NCBI GenBank assembly: GCA_965197905.1
Contig: CBDAOB010000003.1
Span: 800,001-864,000 of the forward strand
Reading direction: 5' to 3'
Length of the DNA stretch: 64,000 bases
DNA from: Candidatus Latescibacterota bacterium
GTDB lineage: Bacteria; Latescibacterota; UBA2968; UBA8231
This document shows positions 9,259 to 17,608 of this stretch, in pieces. The notes beneath the pieces were generated by a model. The model ran no database searches. It saw only the letters and a list, made by a program, of their open reading frames with translations, and was not told where the DNA came from. Positions within the stretch are counted from its first letter, which is position 1; each line of letters opens with the position of its first letter. The position numbers were made by a program, and so were the translations under genes.

Positions 9259-11322
9259 ATGACACCTGGCACCCAGATATCTCTTGTCGCGCTGATCACA
9301 GCTTCCATATCGGTCGCCGATGAGATCATGTTACCAGAAACCGTGGTCAGAGCGAGTCGCGCCGAACAATCGGTAGAAGAGATTCCGGCGCATGTAACCA
9401 TTCTGAACGGCACCGCGGTGGATCTGTCGCCGGCTCAATCCACTGACGATCTGCTTCGCCAGGTGCCCGGGTTCAGTCTCTTCCGGCGCTCTAGCAGCGT
9501 CGTCTCCCACCCGACTTCTCAAGGGGTTTCGTTGCGCGGCATCGGCGCCAGCGGCGCCAGCAGGGCGCTGGTTCTTCTCGATGGCATGCCGCTGAACGAT
9601 CCATTTGGCGGCTGGGTACAGTGGAGCAAGGTGGACCCGTGGAGTCTCGAACGCGCCGAGATACTGCGTGGGGGCGGTTCACACCTGTGGGGAAACTACG
9701 CCCTCAGTGGGGTCGTCGATCTCAAGACAAGGATGCCGGAGCGGTCCGTGCGGGTGACCGGAGCACGCGGAAATGGCGGCACGAACAAGATCGGCATTTC
9801 CCTCAGTGAGCGGATCGGCCAAACAGGCGTCAACATGGGGGCGAGTTATTACGACACCGACGGCTATTTCGTATTGCGCGACGACCATCGCGGGTCGATC
9901 GACGAACCGGCCCGGTCGCAGTACGGGGTCCTGAGCACCCGAATGAGCCGGGAAATGGGACGTGCGCGCCTGTTCGCCCAAGGAGGCATCTTCCTGGAAG
10001 AGCGGGGTAACGGCACCGCATTGACGGGGAACAGCACAGAGGCCGGGTACCTCGGAATGCGCACGACCTGGACGGGTCAGTCGAAGTGGACGCTTTCCGG
10101 CTTTCTCCAGAAGCAAAGGTTTGAGAGCAGTTTTTCGGCCCAAGCAGCCGACCGGGAATCGGAGCGCCCAGCTCTGGATCAGTTTCGTGTTCCCGCAACC
10201 GCCGTCGGGATAACAGTCGAGTGGCTGCGCCCGACGCCCGGGGACCACCTTCTGGTGGCCGGATCCGACCTGCGACAGTCGAGCGGCCACACGAACGAAC
10301 GATATCGCAATCTCGGTGACGGATTTACCCGACGACGGCGCGCCGGCGGCACGCAACAGTTTGCCGGTTTTTTCCTTCAGGATATGATCCGCTTGAAGGA
10401 TCGCTTGCAGCTTACCCTGGGGAGCCGAATCGATTTTTGGCGCTTTTCAGACGGATTCCGGCGTGAGTTCGACCTCGAGGAGGGCGGTATTCTGCGGGAT
10501 GACGACTACGATCATCGCACGGGCATCGCTTTGGGCCCGAAGGCAGGTGTCCGCTACCAGGTGAATCAAATGTTTGTGTTGCGGAGCTCAGCATACCGCA
10601 CCTTTCGCACGCCTACTTTGAACGAGCTCTACCGGCCGTTCAGGGTTCGCAACGATATCACAGAGGCGAACCGAAAGCTCGAACCTGAAAGACTGACCGG
10701 TGGAGAGGTCGGCATGGATGCCAACCGGTCGTTTGTGAGCGTACGGGTTACGGGGTACTGGAACGAAGTCGAGGACGCCATTGGAAATCTCACGGTCGGC
10801 CTAGGGCCCGGCCAGGTTGCCCCCTGCGGATTCGTTCCCGAAGGCGGGAGCTGCCGGCAGCGAGGGAACCTGGAGCGCACCCGAATCCGGGGTTTGGAAG
10901 CAGATCTGAGCGTAATAGATCGAAACGGATGGTCTCTGTTTCTGGCTTATCTTTTCAGTGACAGCGAAGTCCGTCGCGCCAACCAGCGAACGGAACTCAA
11001 GGGTAAGCAGCTGGCACAGGTGCCCCAACAGCGTTTCCAGTTGACGCTTGACTATTCCCATCCGACCATCGCAGAATTTTCTCTGGCGTTGCGTTATGTC
11101 GGAGAGCAGTTCGAGGATGATCTCAATTCCCTGGATCTGTCTCCTTACGCCACCGTCGATATGGCGGCGCGAAAGGAGCTATCGCCGCACTACAATCTAT
11201 TCGCGAAGCTGGAGAATCTATTTGACACCGAGATAGAAGTGGGCCGCTCTGGCGGCTTGATCGGCATCGGGGCGCCAAGGCGCGTATTTGTTGGCGTCCA
11301 TGCCAAAATGGGAACAAGATGA
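9259..11322 (+). CDS. TonB-dependent receptor
   Basis: TonB-box-like ETVVRASR; DLLRQVPG; SLRGIG...LVLLDGMPLNDPFGG; ERAEILRGGGSHLWG; PTLNELY; ENLFD. Start 9238 or 9259. Confidence 0.92.
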   Translation: MTPGTQISLVALITASISVADEIMLPETVVRASRAEQSVEEIPAHVTILNGTAVDLSPAQSTDDLLRQVPGFSLFRRSSSVVSHPTSQGVSLRGIGASGASRALVLLDGMPLNDPFGGWVQWSKVDPWSLERAEILRGGGSHLWGNYALSGVVDLKTRMPERSVRVTGARGNGGTNKIGISLSERIGQTGVNMGASYYDTDGYFVLRDDHRGSIDEPARSQYGVLSTRMSREMGRARLFAQGGIFLEERGNGTALTGNSTEAGYLGMRTTWTGQSKWTLSGFLQKQRFESSFSAQAADRESERPALDQFRVPATAVGITVEWLRPTPGDHLLVAGSDLRQSSGHTNERYRNLGDGFTRRRRAGGTQQFAGFFLQDMIRLKDRLQLTLGSRIDFWRFSDGFRREFDLEEGGILRDDDYDHRTGIALGPKAGVRYQVNQMFVLRSSAYRTFRTPTLNELYRPFRVRNDITEANRKLEPERLTGGEVGMDANRSFVSVRVTGYWNEVEDAIGNLTVGLGPGQVAPCGFVPEGGSCRQRGNLERTRIRGLEADLSVIDRNGWSLFLAYLFSDSEVRRANQRTELKGKQLAQVPQQRFQLTLDYSHPTIAEFSLALRYVGEQFEDDLNSLDLSPYATVDMAARKELSPHYNLFAKLENLFDTEIEVGRSGGLIGIGAPRRVFVGVHAKMGTR

Positions 11323-11403
11323 CCGCGCTTTCGATTCGGCCCGAACCGACCTATTTTCTAACGCATCCATCAGCGTAGCGAACGGCCAGACAGAAAACCT
11401 ACG

Positions 11404-12282
11404 ATGTTATCGCAGCAGCAGATCGAAGAGTATCACGAAAAGGGATATCTCGGCGTGGAGAACGTGCTCTCTGCCGCTGAGGTACAGGAACTCCGCGACG
11501 TTACGGATGAATTCATCGAGAAATCGCGTAACTTCACCGACCACGCCGACGAGTTTGACCTGGAGCCGGACCACACGCCGGAGTTCCCCAGGGTGAGACG
11601 GCTGAAGATGCCTCACAAGATTCATCCGATCTACGCCAAGACCTTGCGGCACGACTCGATTCTGAAGATGGCCTCAGCGCTGGTCGGCACCTATGCGATG
11701 CACTGCAACGGCACCAAGCTCAATATGAAATCGGAGGAGATCGGCAGTCCCGTGCACTGGCACCAGGATTGGGCGTTCTATCCATACACCAACGACGATC
11801 TGCTGGCGGTCGGCGTAGCGATCGACGACATGACCCGCGAGAACGGCTGCCTGCTAGTTATTCCCGGCTCGCACAAAGGGCGGATCTACGATCACCACCT
11901 GGACGGGCATTTCTGCGGCGCCGTTACCGAGCCCGACTTCGACGATTCTACCGCCGAAGCTATAGAATTGAAGGCGGGCGGCATCTCGATTCATCACGTG
12001 CGCACGTTGCACGCCTCGCTGCCCAACAGCTCGTCCAGCCCACGCCGGCTGTTGCTGCAGCAATACTGCGCCGGTGATTCGATGCCGCTGCAGGCCGTGG
12101 CGCAGAAACCGCTGGATTGGGGCGAGTTCGTGGCGAGTTTCGTGCAGGGCGAGCCGACTCTGGATATCCGCATGGAACCGGCTCCAGTGCGCATGCCCCA
12201 GCCTCCGGCGCTTAAAGGGGGATCGATCTACGAGAATCAGTCCGTGTTAAAGGCCTCGACCTTCCGAAAGACCTCGCCGTAA
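11404..12282 (+). CDS. Phytanoyl-CoA dioxygenase (PhyH) family Fe/2OG oxygenase
   Basis: WHQDW, ENGCLLVIPGSH, distal H (TLHAS) and R. Confidence 0.92.
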   Translation: MLSQQQIEEYHEKGYLGVENVLSAAEVQELRDVTDEFIEKSRNFTDHADEFDLEPDHTPEFPRVRRLKMPHKIHPIYAKTLRHDSILKMASALVGTYAMHCNGTKLNMKSEEIGSPVHWHQDWAFYPYTNDDLLAVGVAIDDMTRENGCLLVIPGSHKGRIYDHHLDGHFCGAVTEPDFDDSTAEAIELKAGGISIHHVRTLHASLPNSSSSPRRLLLQQYCAGDSMPLQAVAQKPLDWGEFVASFVQGEPTLDIRMEPAPVRMPQPPALKGGSIYENQSVLKASTFRKTSP

Positions 12283-12306
12283 CCACCATCTCCAAAGGAT
12301 TTCTTC

Positions 12307-13494
12307 GTGAAGATTACCGCATCCACCACGTACGTGATTTCTGTTCCAACCGGTCAGGAGATCCGCGATCCGGGGACGGGCGAACTCATCTGCAGCACCA
12401 AGAAAAGCTGGATTTTCCTCAAGCTGGAGACCGACGCCGGCATCACCGGCTGGGGGGACGGCGGTGGCGAGTGGCTTTCCCCGCAGGTGTCTGCCGCGTT
12501 GGAACAAGTGAAACCATTGCTCATCGGCAGTGATCCGCTCAAGGTGGAGGCGTTGACCGCAGATATTTGCACCCGCAGTCCGTGGAAGGGAGGACCGATC
12601 ATCGGTACCGCGGCGGCGGCGATCAACATGGCCCTCTACGACATCGCCGGAAAAGCATGGGGAGTACCGGTGCACACGATCCTCGGCGGCAAGCGGCGGG
12701 ACAAAGTGCAAGTTTACGCGAGCGGCGGTCTCAGTGAAGGTTCTCCTGAAGAAGCGGTGGCCAAAGCGAAGAAACATATGGAAGAGGGGTATTCGGGGGT
12801 CAAAGGGAATCCGCTGGAATCGCGCACCTGGCCGATGGATCCCGCGGCGATTGCGCGCAGTCTCGAAAGCATATCCGCAGTGCGAGAGGCGCTGCCGGAC
12901 GCGGCCATTCTGCTGGATTGCCACGGCAGCCCGATCCCCGAGATCAGCATCGAGTTCGCCCGCCAGGTGGCGCCGTACGCGCCGCTGTTCCTGGAGGAGC
13001 CGGTAAAGGTGGGCTCAGTGGATGCGCTCGCGGCTGTGTCCCGCAAGAGTCCGGTTCCGGTGGCTACGGGAGAGAAGCTGTTTTCCGCGGAGCAATTCGA
13101 GCCCCTGACTCAACAGCGCGCCTGCGCCTTCCTGCAGCCGGACATCACCCACTGTCACGGCATCACCGAGTTCAAGGTGATCGCCAAAATGGCGGAAGCG
13201 CAGCAGATGCAGATGGCTCCTCACAACGTCGCCGGTCCGGTGGGGTGCGCCGCCGCCATTCACGCCTCAGCGGCCATTTCCAACTTCCTGATTCTGGAGA
13301 TGAGTCCGCACTATTTCCCGCACTTCCATAAATACGCCGATCACGATCTGTCGATGGCGGGGGGCTTTGTCAACGTGAGCGACCGGCCCGGTCTGGGGAT
13401 CGATGTGAAGGAAGCGGACATCGCCGCCATGGAGCACGAGCCGATGCCGTACCGCCAGTACCGCCACGCCGACGGCAGCTGGAAGGGATGGTGA
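12307..13494 (+). CDS. Mandelate racemase/enolase-superfamily enzyme (galactonate dehydratase-like)
   Basis: LKLETDAGITGWG; DIAGKAWGVPVHTILGG; LDCHG, FLEEP, TGEKL, QPD, APHN. Confidence 0.9.
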   Translation: MKITASTTYVISVPTGQEIRDPGTGELICSTKKSWIFLKLETDAGITGWGDGGGEWLSPQVSAALEQVKPLLIGSDPLKVEALTADICTRSPWKGGPIIGTAAAAINMALYDIAGKAWGVPVHTILGGKRRDKVQVYASGGLSEGSPEEAVAKAKKHMEEGYSGVKGNPLESRTWPMDPAAIARSLESISAVREALPDAAILLDCHGSPIPEISIEFARQVAPYAPLFLEEPVKVGSVDALAAVSRKSPVPVATGEKLFSAEQFEPLTQQRACAFLQPDITHCHGITEFKVIAKMAEAQQMQMAPHNVAGPVGCAAAIHASAAISNFLILEMSPHYFPHFHKYADHDLSMAGGFVNVSDRPGLGIDVKEADIAAMEHEPMPYRQYRHADGSWKGW

Positions 13495-13542
13495 CGGTGT
13501 GGTTTGCAATTCGTCCGTGACGCCTGGCGGCACCACAGCATA

Positions 13543-13992
13543 CTAGGGTTGGATGAAGGTGTACTGGTAGGGTGATTCGGCGACACCGACAACAAGCGTG
13601 TCGCCATTATTGATGAGACAGGAGTCAGATCTACCGTCGGGACCGAGACGGATTTCGTTCACGCAGATCCCACAACGGCTTCCGCGGTCCAACACTTCGT
13701 ATGTATCCTCATCCATCAAGTTGATCAAGAAGTGCTCGCGGGAAATCTGAATCTTGTAGCCGACGTCCCACATGTAGATATCGTTGTTCGGTTTCATCAA
13801 AAAGGCGCGGCGATTTTGGACCCAGTGGTTTTTCTTCCCTCCACGGCACTCTCTGCCGAAGCGGTAGGGAAACTTGTCGAGTGCCAGCTGGGGCCCCCCT
13901 ATCGCCTTTTCGGCCGGCTCGGTTAAAGCTTCGAGGACAGGGTGGTTGTTTCCGTTCATATCACCATTTCCGTTATTTTTGGACCAAAACAA
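13543..13992 (-). CDS. FHA domain protein
   Basis: FPYRFGRE...ISREHF...DRGSRCG; start uncertain (TTG 13992 or ATG 13959); noticeably AT-richer 5' region. Confidence 0.75.
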   Translation of the reverse strand: MFWSKNNGNGDMNGNNHPVLEALTEPAEKAIGGPQLALDKFPYRFGRECRGGKKNHWVQNRRAFLMKPNNDIYMWDVGYKIQISREHFLINLMDEDTYEVLDRGSRCGICVNEIRLGPDGRSDSCLINNGDTLVVGVAESPYQYTFIQP

Positions 13993-14030
13993 CTATAAAA
14001 TGATAAATATAGGCCATATGTCTGCCACGG

Positions 14031-14131
14031 GTAGGGCACGGCTCTTCGGGCAAGACATCGAGGCCGGCGGCAGCAATATGCCCTGACCGCAGCAGCTCGG
14101 CAAGCGCCTCGTCATCGATCAGCCCTCCCCT
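14031..14131 (-). pseudogene. Internal fragment of a D-2-hydroxyacid dehydrogenase gene, diverged copy of 18908-19008
   Basis: Reads RGGLIDDEALAELLRSGHIAAAGLDVLPEEPCPT versus RGGLIDGEALAELLQSGHVAAAGLDVLPEEPSPT in the intact gene; about 78/101 nt identical, ungapped (hand count). Confidence 0.85.
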
Positions 14132-14257
14132 TACTTCAAGAAGCGACACGTTGACTGTGAAGCCTGGCAGGTGACAGCCGTCGGCGACCGCGACTTCACC
14201 TCGCCGGAGGGAATCCGGGTCTGCCCGGCGCTGAACCTGCTCCGACAGCTGATCTGA
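14132..14257 (+). pseudogene. Orphan 3' end of a gene, resembling the C-terminus of AAA ATPase/DUF4143 proteins
   Basis: YFKKRHVDCEAWQVTAVGDRDFTSPEGIRVCPALNLLRQLI* with no start; family assignment from memory only. Confidence 0.55.
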
Positions 14258-14370
14258 TCGTCACGGAGATCGTTGGTCGACCGACTTCTTTCTGCTCATA
14301 TTCGACGGGTGGTTACCGGTCTCCGACGGGCTTACGGGAGCGCTCAAGAGTAGTAATCAGGAGGGGCACG

Positions 14371-14685
14371 ATGAGAACGTTACTTGCCTTGGTGATTGCA
14401 TGTCTTGTCTGGATACCAGCAGTTGGCAGTCACAATGCGGATTCTGAGAAAGCAGGTGTGTATTTTCTCCAATCTGCATTGACTCTGCTCGACCGCTCCG
14501 TCGAAATCGACGGCAAATACGGTGAAGAAACAACAAAGGCGCTTCGCTCCTTCCAACGGAGCGTCAGTGTCCCCGAGAGTGGAGTTCTAGATTGGGCGAC
14601 TTACAGGATGCTCTTGATCGAGCTGAAGAAAAGGGGGCCGCCGACACTTCCGAGGAAGCCTTCAAAAGGGGAATTGGAGAAATGA
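14371..14685 (+). CDS. Small secreted peptidoglycan-binding (PG_binding_1) protein
   Basis: AGGAGG RBS, signal peptide, LQSAL...IDGKYGEETTKALRSFQRS...SGVLDWAT. Confidence 0.8.
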   Translation: MRTLLALVIACLVWIPAVGSHNADSEKAGVYFLQSALTLLDRSVEIDGKYGEETTKALRSFQRSVSVPESGVLDWATYRMLLIELKKRGPPTLPRKPSKGELEK

Positions 14686-15458
14686 CACTCAGCGACCAGG
14701 TTGCGGTAGTGACCGGCGGCGGGCGCGGCTTGGGCAAGCGCATTGCGATACGGCTGTCGCAGAAGGGAGCCGCCGTAGTGCTGGCGGCGCCCGAAGAGAA
14801 CGAACTGGAAGAGAGCGCCCGGGAGATCCGCGGTGACGGTGGTCGGGCGCTTCCGGTTCAGATGGACATCACACAGGAGGATCAGGTGTCGCAGATGGTC
14901 GCTCGGGCACAGGGCGAGCTCGGTCGCATCGACATTCTGGTCAACAATGCCGGCATCGCGGGCCCGACGGCGCCCATCCATGATATAGACCGAGCCGACT
15001 GGGACGAAACGCTGGCGGTCAATCTCACCGGCGCGTACCTGTGCTCGAAGGCGGTGCTGCCGGAGATGATGGCCCGGCGGTCCGGCAAAATCGTCAACAT
15101 CTCGTCCATCGCCGGCAAGATCGGCTACAAGTTCCGCAGCCCCTACGCCGTCTCCAAGTGGGGCGTGATCGGCCTGACGCTGACGGTGGCCAGCGAAGTC
15201 GGCGAGCACAACATCCAGGTCAATGCCATCTGCCCCGGTCCGGTTGAAGGCGAGCGTACCCAGTCGGTTTTCGAACACCGGGCCCACGCACTGGGCCAGA
15301 CGTTCGATGAGGTCCAACAGAATTACCTGGATCAGATGGCACTCAAGCGACTGGTCCGGCCCGACGACGTGGCCGCCATGGTCGCGTTTCTCGCGTCATC
15401 CGAAGCCGACAACATCACCGGCCAGGCGATCGAGGTATCGGCTGGATGGGGACTGTAG
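14682..15458 (+). CDS. Short-chain dehydrogenase/reductase (SDR)
   Basis: TGGGRGLG, NNAG, YAVSK, NAICPG; ATGA overlap with the upstream gene. Confidence 0.95.
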   Translation: MTLSDQVAVVTGGGRGLGKRIAIRLSQKGAAVVLAAPEENELEESAREIRGDGGRALPVQMDITQEDQVSQMVARAQGELGRIDILVNNAGIAGPTAPIHDIDRADWDETLAVNLTGAYLCSKAVLPEMMARRSGKIVNISSIAGKIGYKFRSPYAVSKWGVIGLTLTVASEVGEHNIQVNAICPGPVEGERTQSVFEHRAHALGQTFDEVQQNYLDQMALKRLVRPDDVAAMVAFLASSEADNITGQAIEVSAGWGL

Positions 15459-15519
15459 GCTGCCATGGTCGGTCGCGGCCATCGAACGCATAACATCAGA
15501 AAGAGGTAGCAGGTATCCA

Positions 15520-15906
15520 ATGTCACTTTCGGAACGTCAAGAACGCGGCCTGAAACTGCTGCAGGAAATGCTCGGTGCGGAACAGGCCGAGAAGACACTT
15601 CAGCACTGGCAGGAGATCTGTCCGGATTTCGAAGGGTACGTCACCGAGTTCCTCTCGGGGGAGATCTGGAGTCGTCCCGGACTGGACCGCCGCACGAAGA
15701 GTCTGGTCACGATCGCCGCGACGGCAGCCCTAGGCCGCACGCGTGCCCTGGAACTGAACATTCGGATGGCGGAGAACAACGGAGCGACGCGCGAGGAGGT
15801 GGTGGAGACGCTGCTGCACCTCGCCCCGTACGCCGGTTTTCCCGCCTGCTGGGAGGGGCTGGCGGTGGCGGATCAGGTGTTTGGTGGTGGCGGTGGGGAA
15901 GAGTGA
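15520..15906 (+). CDS. Carboxymuconolactone decarboxylase (CMD) family protein
   Basis: GEIWSRPGLDRRTKSLVTIA...NGATREEVVETLLHLAPYAGFP. Confidence 0.9.
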   Translation: MSLSERQERGLKLLQEMLGAEQAEKTLQHWQEICPDFEGYVTEFLSGEIWSRPGLDRRTKSLVTIAATAALGRTRALELNIRMAENNGATREEVVETLLHLAPYAGFPACWEGLAVADQVFGGGGGEE

Positions 15907-15974
15907 GGGTGGCTCGACAGTTAAGGGCCCGAATCGTGAGCTGAATGGCCTTCATTATCTTGACGTCCGTGCTC

Positions 15975-16035
15975 ATCCTCGGGCGAGCCCCTGGCGTCGT
16001 TTCTGATTGCGGGACTTTCGGGGTTTACTAAGTAG
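15975..16035 (+). repeat. Copy A of a duplicated gene 3'-end remnant (ILGRA/LASFLIAGLSGFTK*)
   Basis: 15991-16035 and 16833-16877 both encode LASFLIAGLSGFTK-stop with only third-position differences; copy A has one extra C near 15990. Confidence 0.8.
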
Positions 16036-16076
16036 AAATTGGGTCCCGAAATCTCAGGGCAGGTGGTCAAAGCTGA

Positions 16077-16761
16077 ATGGTGGACTTCCGCCTTACATAC
16101 TTCGGGCTCGAGCAAGGCATTTCTAAGGAGTTCATCGATCGAGTTCCCGACACCGGACCGAACCGTCGATCCGCACACTCTGTCCAACGACCGTTTCGGC
16201 TATTCTTGCTACGCCGTGATAGTCTATGCTACTCCGGTACAACAAGCCTCAGTTCAACAGATCCGCGACGCGGTACGGGTACGCCGTTCAATGCTCGCTG
16301 CTCACGTGATCGTGAAAGGTCCCGTGTGCGAAATACTTTCGATTGAGGATCTTCAACGAGTGATCGGATCAGTCGCTGAAGCCAGCTGGCCATTCGCGGT
16401 AGAATTCGAAGGCTCACCGACCGCCCGGAAGTTTCCGAATGGAGAAATGACAGCCCTTCAGTCGATACGCGTAACAGATCATCTCGTAGACATCCATCAC
16501 AGACTGTTGAGAGCGATCGACCCCATCTCCACGAACGCCGACTCATTGGACGCCAGGGGCGAATACCGCCCACATCTTACCATTTATCGCGATCCCGAAC
16601 CTGGTCTCGAAGATCAGGGCGCGGAGTTGTTGGAACGGATGGACATCGGTTCGAATTTCACGGCTGACAGCCTGCACTTGATCGCACACAGAGGCACGCC
16701 GGGCCGCGGGAAGTGGGAAGACCTGTCGGTGCACCCGCTCACCGGCGATGATCAAACCTAA
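16077..16761 (+). CDS. 2H-phosphoesterase (2'-5' RNA ligase-like) protein, possibly with a frameshift near 16147
   Basis: HVIVKGP and YRPHLTI motifs. ATG 16077 follows AGGTGG and would join the main frame if one C is removed from GTTCCCG; start uncertain. Confidence 0.65.
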
Positions 16762-16817
16762 GGGAGTCAGAATTCCGGTCCTGATTCGCACCGCTTGGTT
16801 GAGCTGGTGCGGCGCAG

Positions 16818-16877
16818 ATCTTGGGCCGTGTGCTGGCGTCGTTTCTGATAGCGGGACTGTCGGGATTCACGAAATAA
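16818..16877 (+). repeat. Copy B of the duplicated gene 3'-end remnant (ILGRVLASFLIAGLSGFTK*)
   Basis: See copy A; in-frame stop at 16800-16802 and no ATG, so it is not a complete gene. Confidence 0.8.
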
Positions 16878-16892
16878 GATTAGAGAGACGCC

Positions 16893-17015
16893 ATGAAGCT
16901 GCTCTTCGACGACGACGCCATCGACCGGACCGCCGGCGTCCGCAGGGTGCTCGGCTCCCCGAAGAAGGAGCCGGACCCGATTCTGGAACCGCAGATGCCG
17001 TGGGAGACCGCCAAA
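16893..17015 (+). pseudogene. N-terminal fragment of the GH-like beta-propeller family
   Basis: MKLLFDDDAIDRTAGVRRVLGSPKKEPDPILEPQMPWE parallels RQLFVDD...PTKRDDNPILVMEEPWE of 25661-27133, then switches to unrelated sequence. Confidence 0.75.
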
Positions 17016-17235
17016 ATTGAGAATCGCCACCTCAAGGTTGGCCTTCAATTCGCCTGTGGGAAGTGTCAACAAGTGTACGAGGTAACAGGAACGAACTGGG
17101 AATGTATTCCCATTGATGGTCCTGATCATCCCAGTAGATAAACAGTAACGGGCTTGAATCGCTGGTTACCGAAGGTCGGGGTATATCTCGGTCGCATAAT
17201 GCAGATCTTTGTATCGCGGGGTCTGCACGCGAAAC

Positions 17236-17440
17236 TTAAGGTCCAGGGCGCTGAAGATCGAACGCCTTTAACGCCTTCTTTACTGACTCCGCATTGACCT
17301 GGGCGTACAGCCTGCGTCGTGCGTAGTGACTTGTGACCCATCAGGTCCCGCAGGATCATAGTAACCATCTGGCCCGCACTCTCTGAACCGAAAGTGTGCC
17401 TAAGCTGGTGAATCGTGAGCGGCTGATCGTTTTTCTCGAG
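17236..17440 (-). pseudogene. Tyrosine recombinase/integrase C-terminal remnant, frameshifted
   Basis: TIHQLRHTFG...LRDLMGHKSLRTTQ; the catalytic Tyr (LYAQVNAESVKKALKAFD) lies in a shifted frame after about 17310. Confidence 0.8.
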
Positions 17441-17608
17441 CCCATCGGCAAGCCGGAACTGGTCAAGTGTGTTGGTTTGGTATCCTTTTGGCAGGTTAAT
17501 TTTCTTTACGCTACCGTAGCCTACCTCAACAGCGATTTCCGACAGCAAGCACAGAATCATCGCCTCGTGTTGTACCTCGGAGAGGAAGTCGCTCCGTTGG
17601 GCCCAAAT

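Noticed and set aside
15991..16877. Integron attC sites flanking a cassette
   Set aside because: The repeats lack RYYYAAC...GTTRRRY ends and palindromic structure, the changes are codon-synonymous, and the recombinase remnant is too short to call IntI.
17189..17216. dif-like site CGGTCGCATAA-TGCAGA-TCTTTGTATCG just 3' of the integrase remnant
   Set aside because: Only the left arm resembles a XerC arm; the right arm is too degenerate to support a call.
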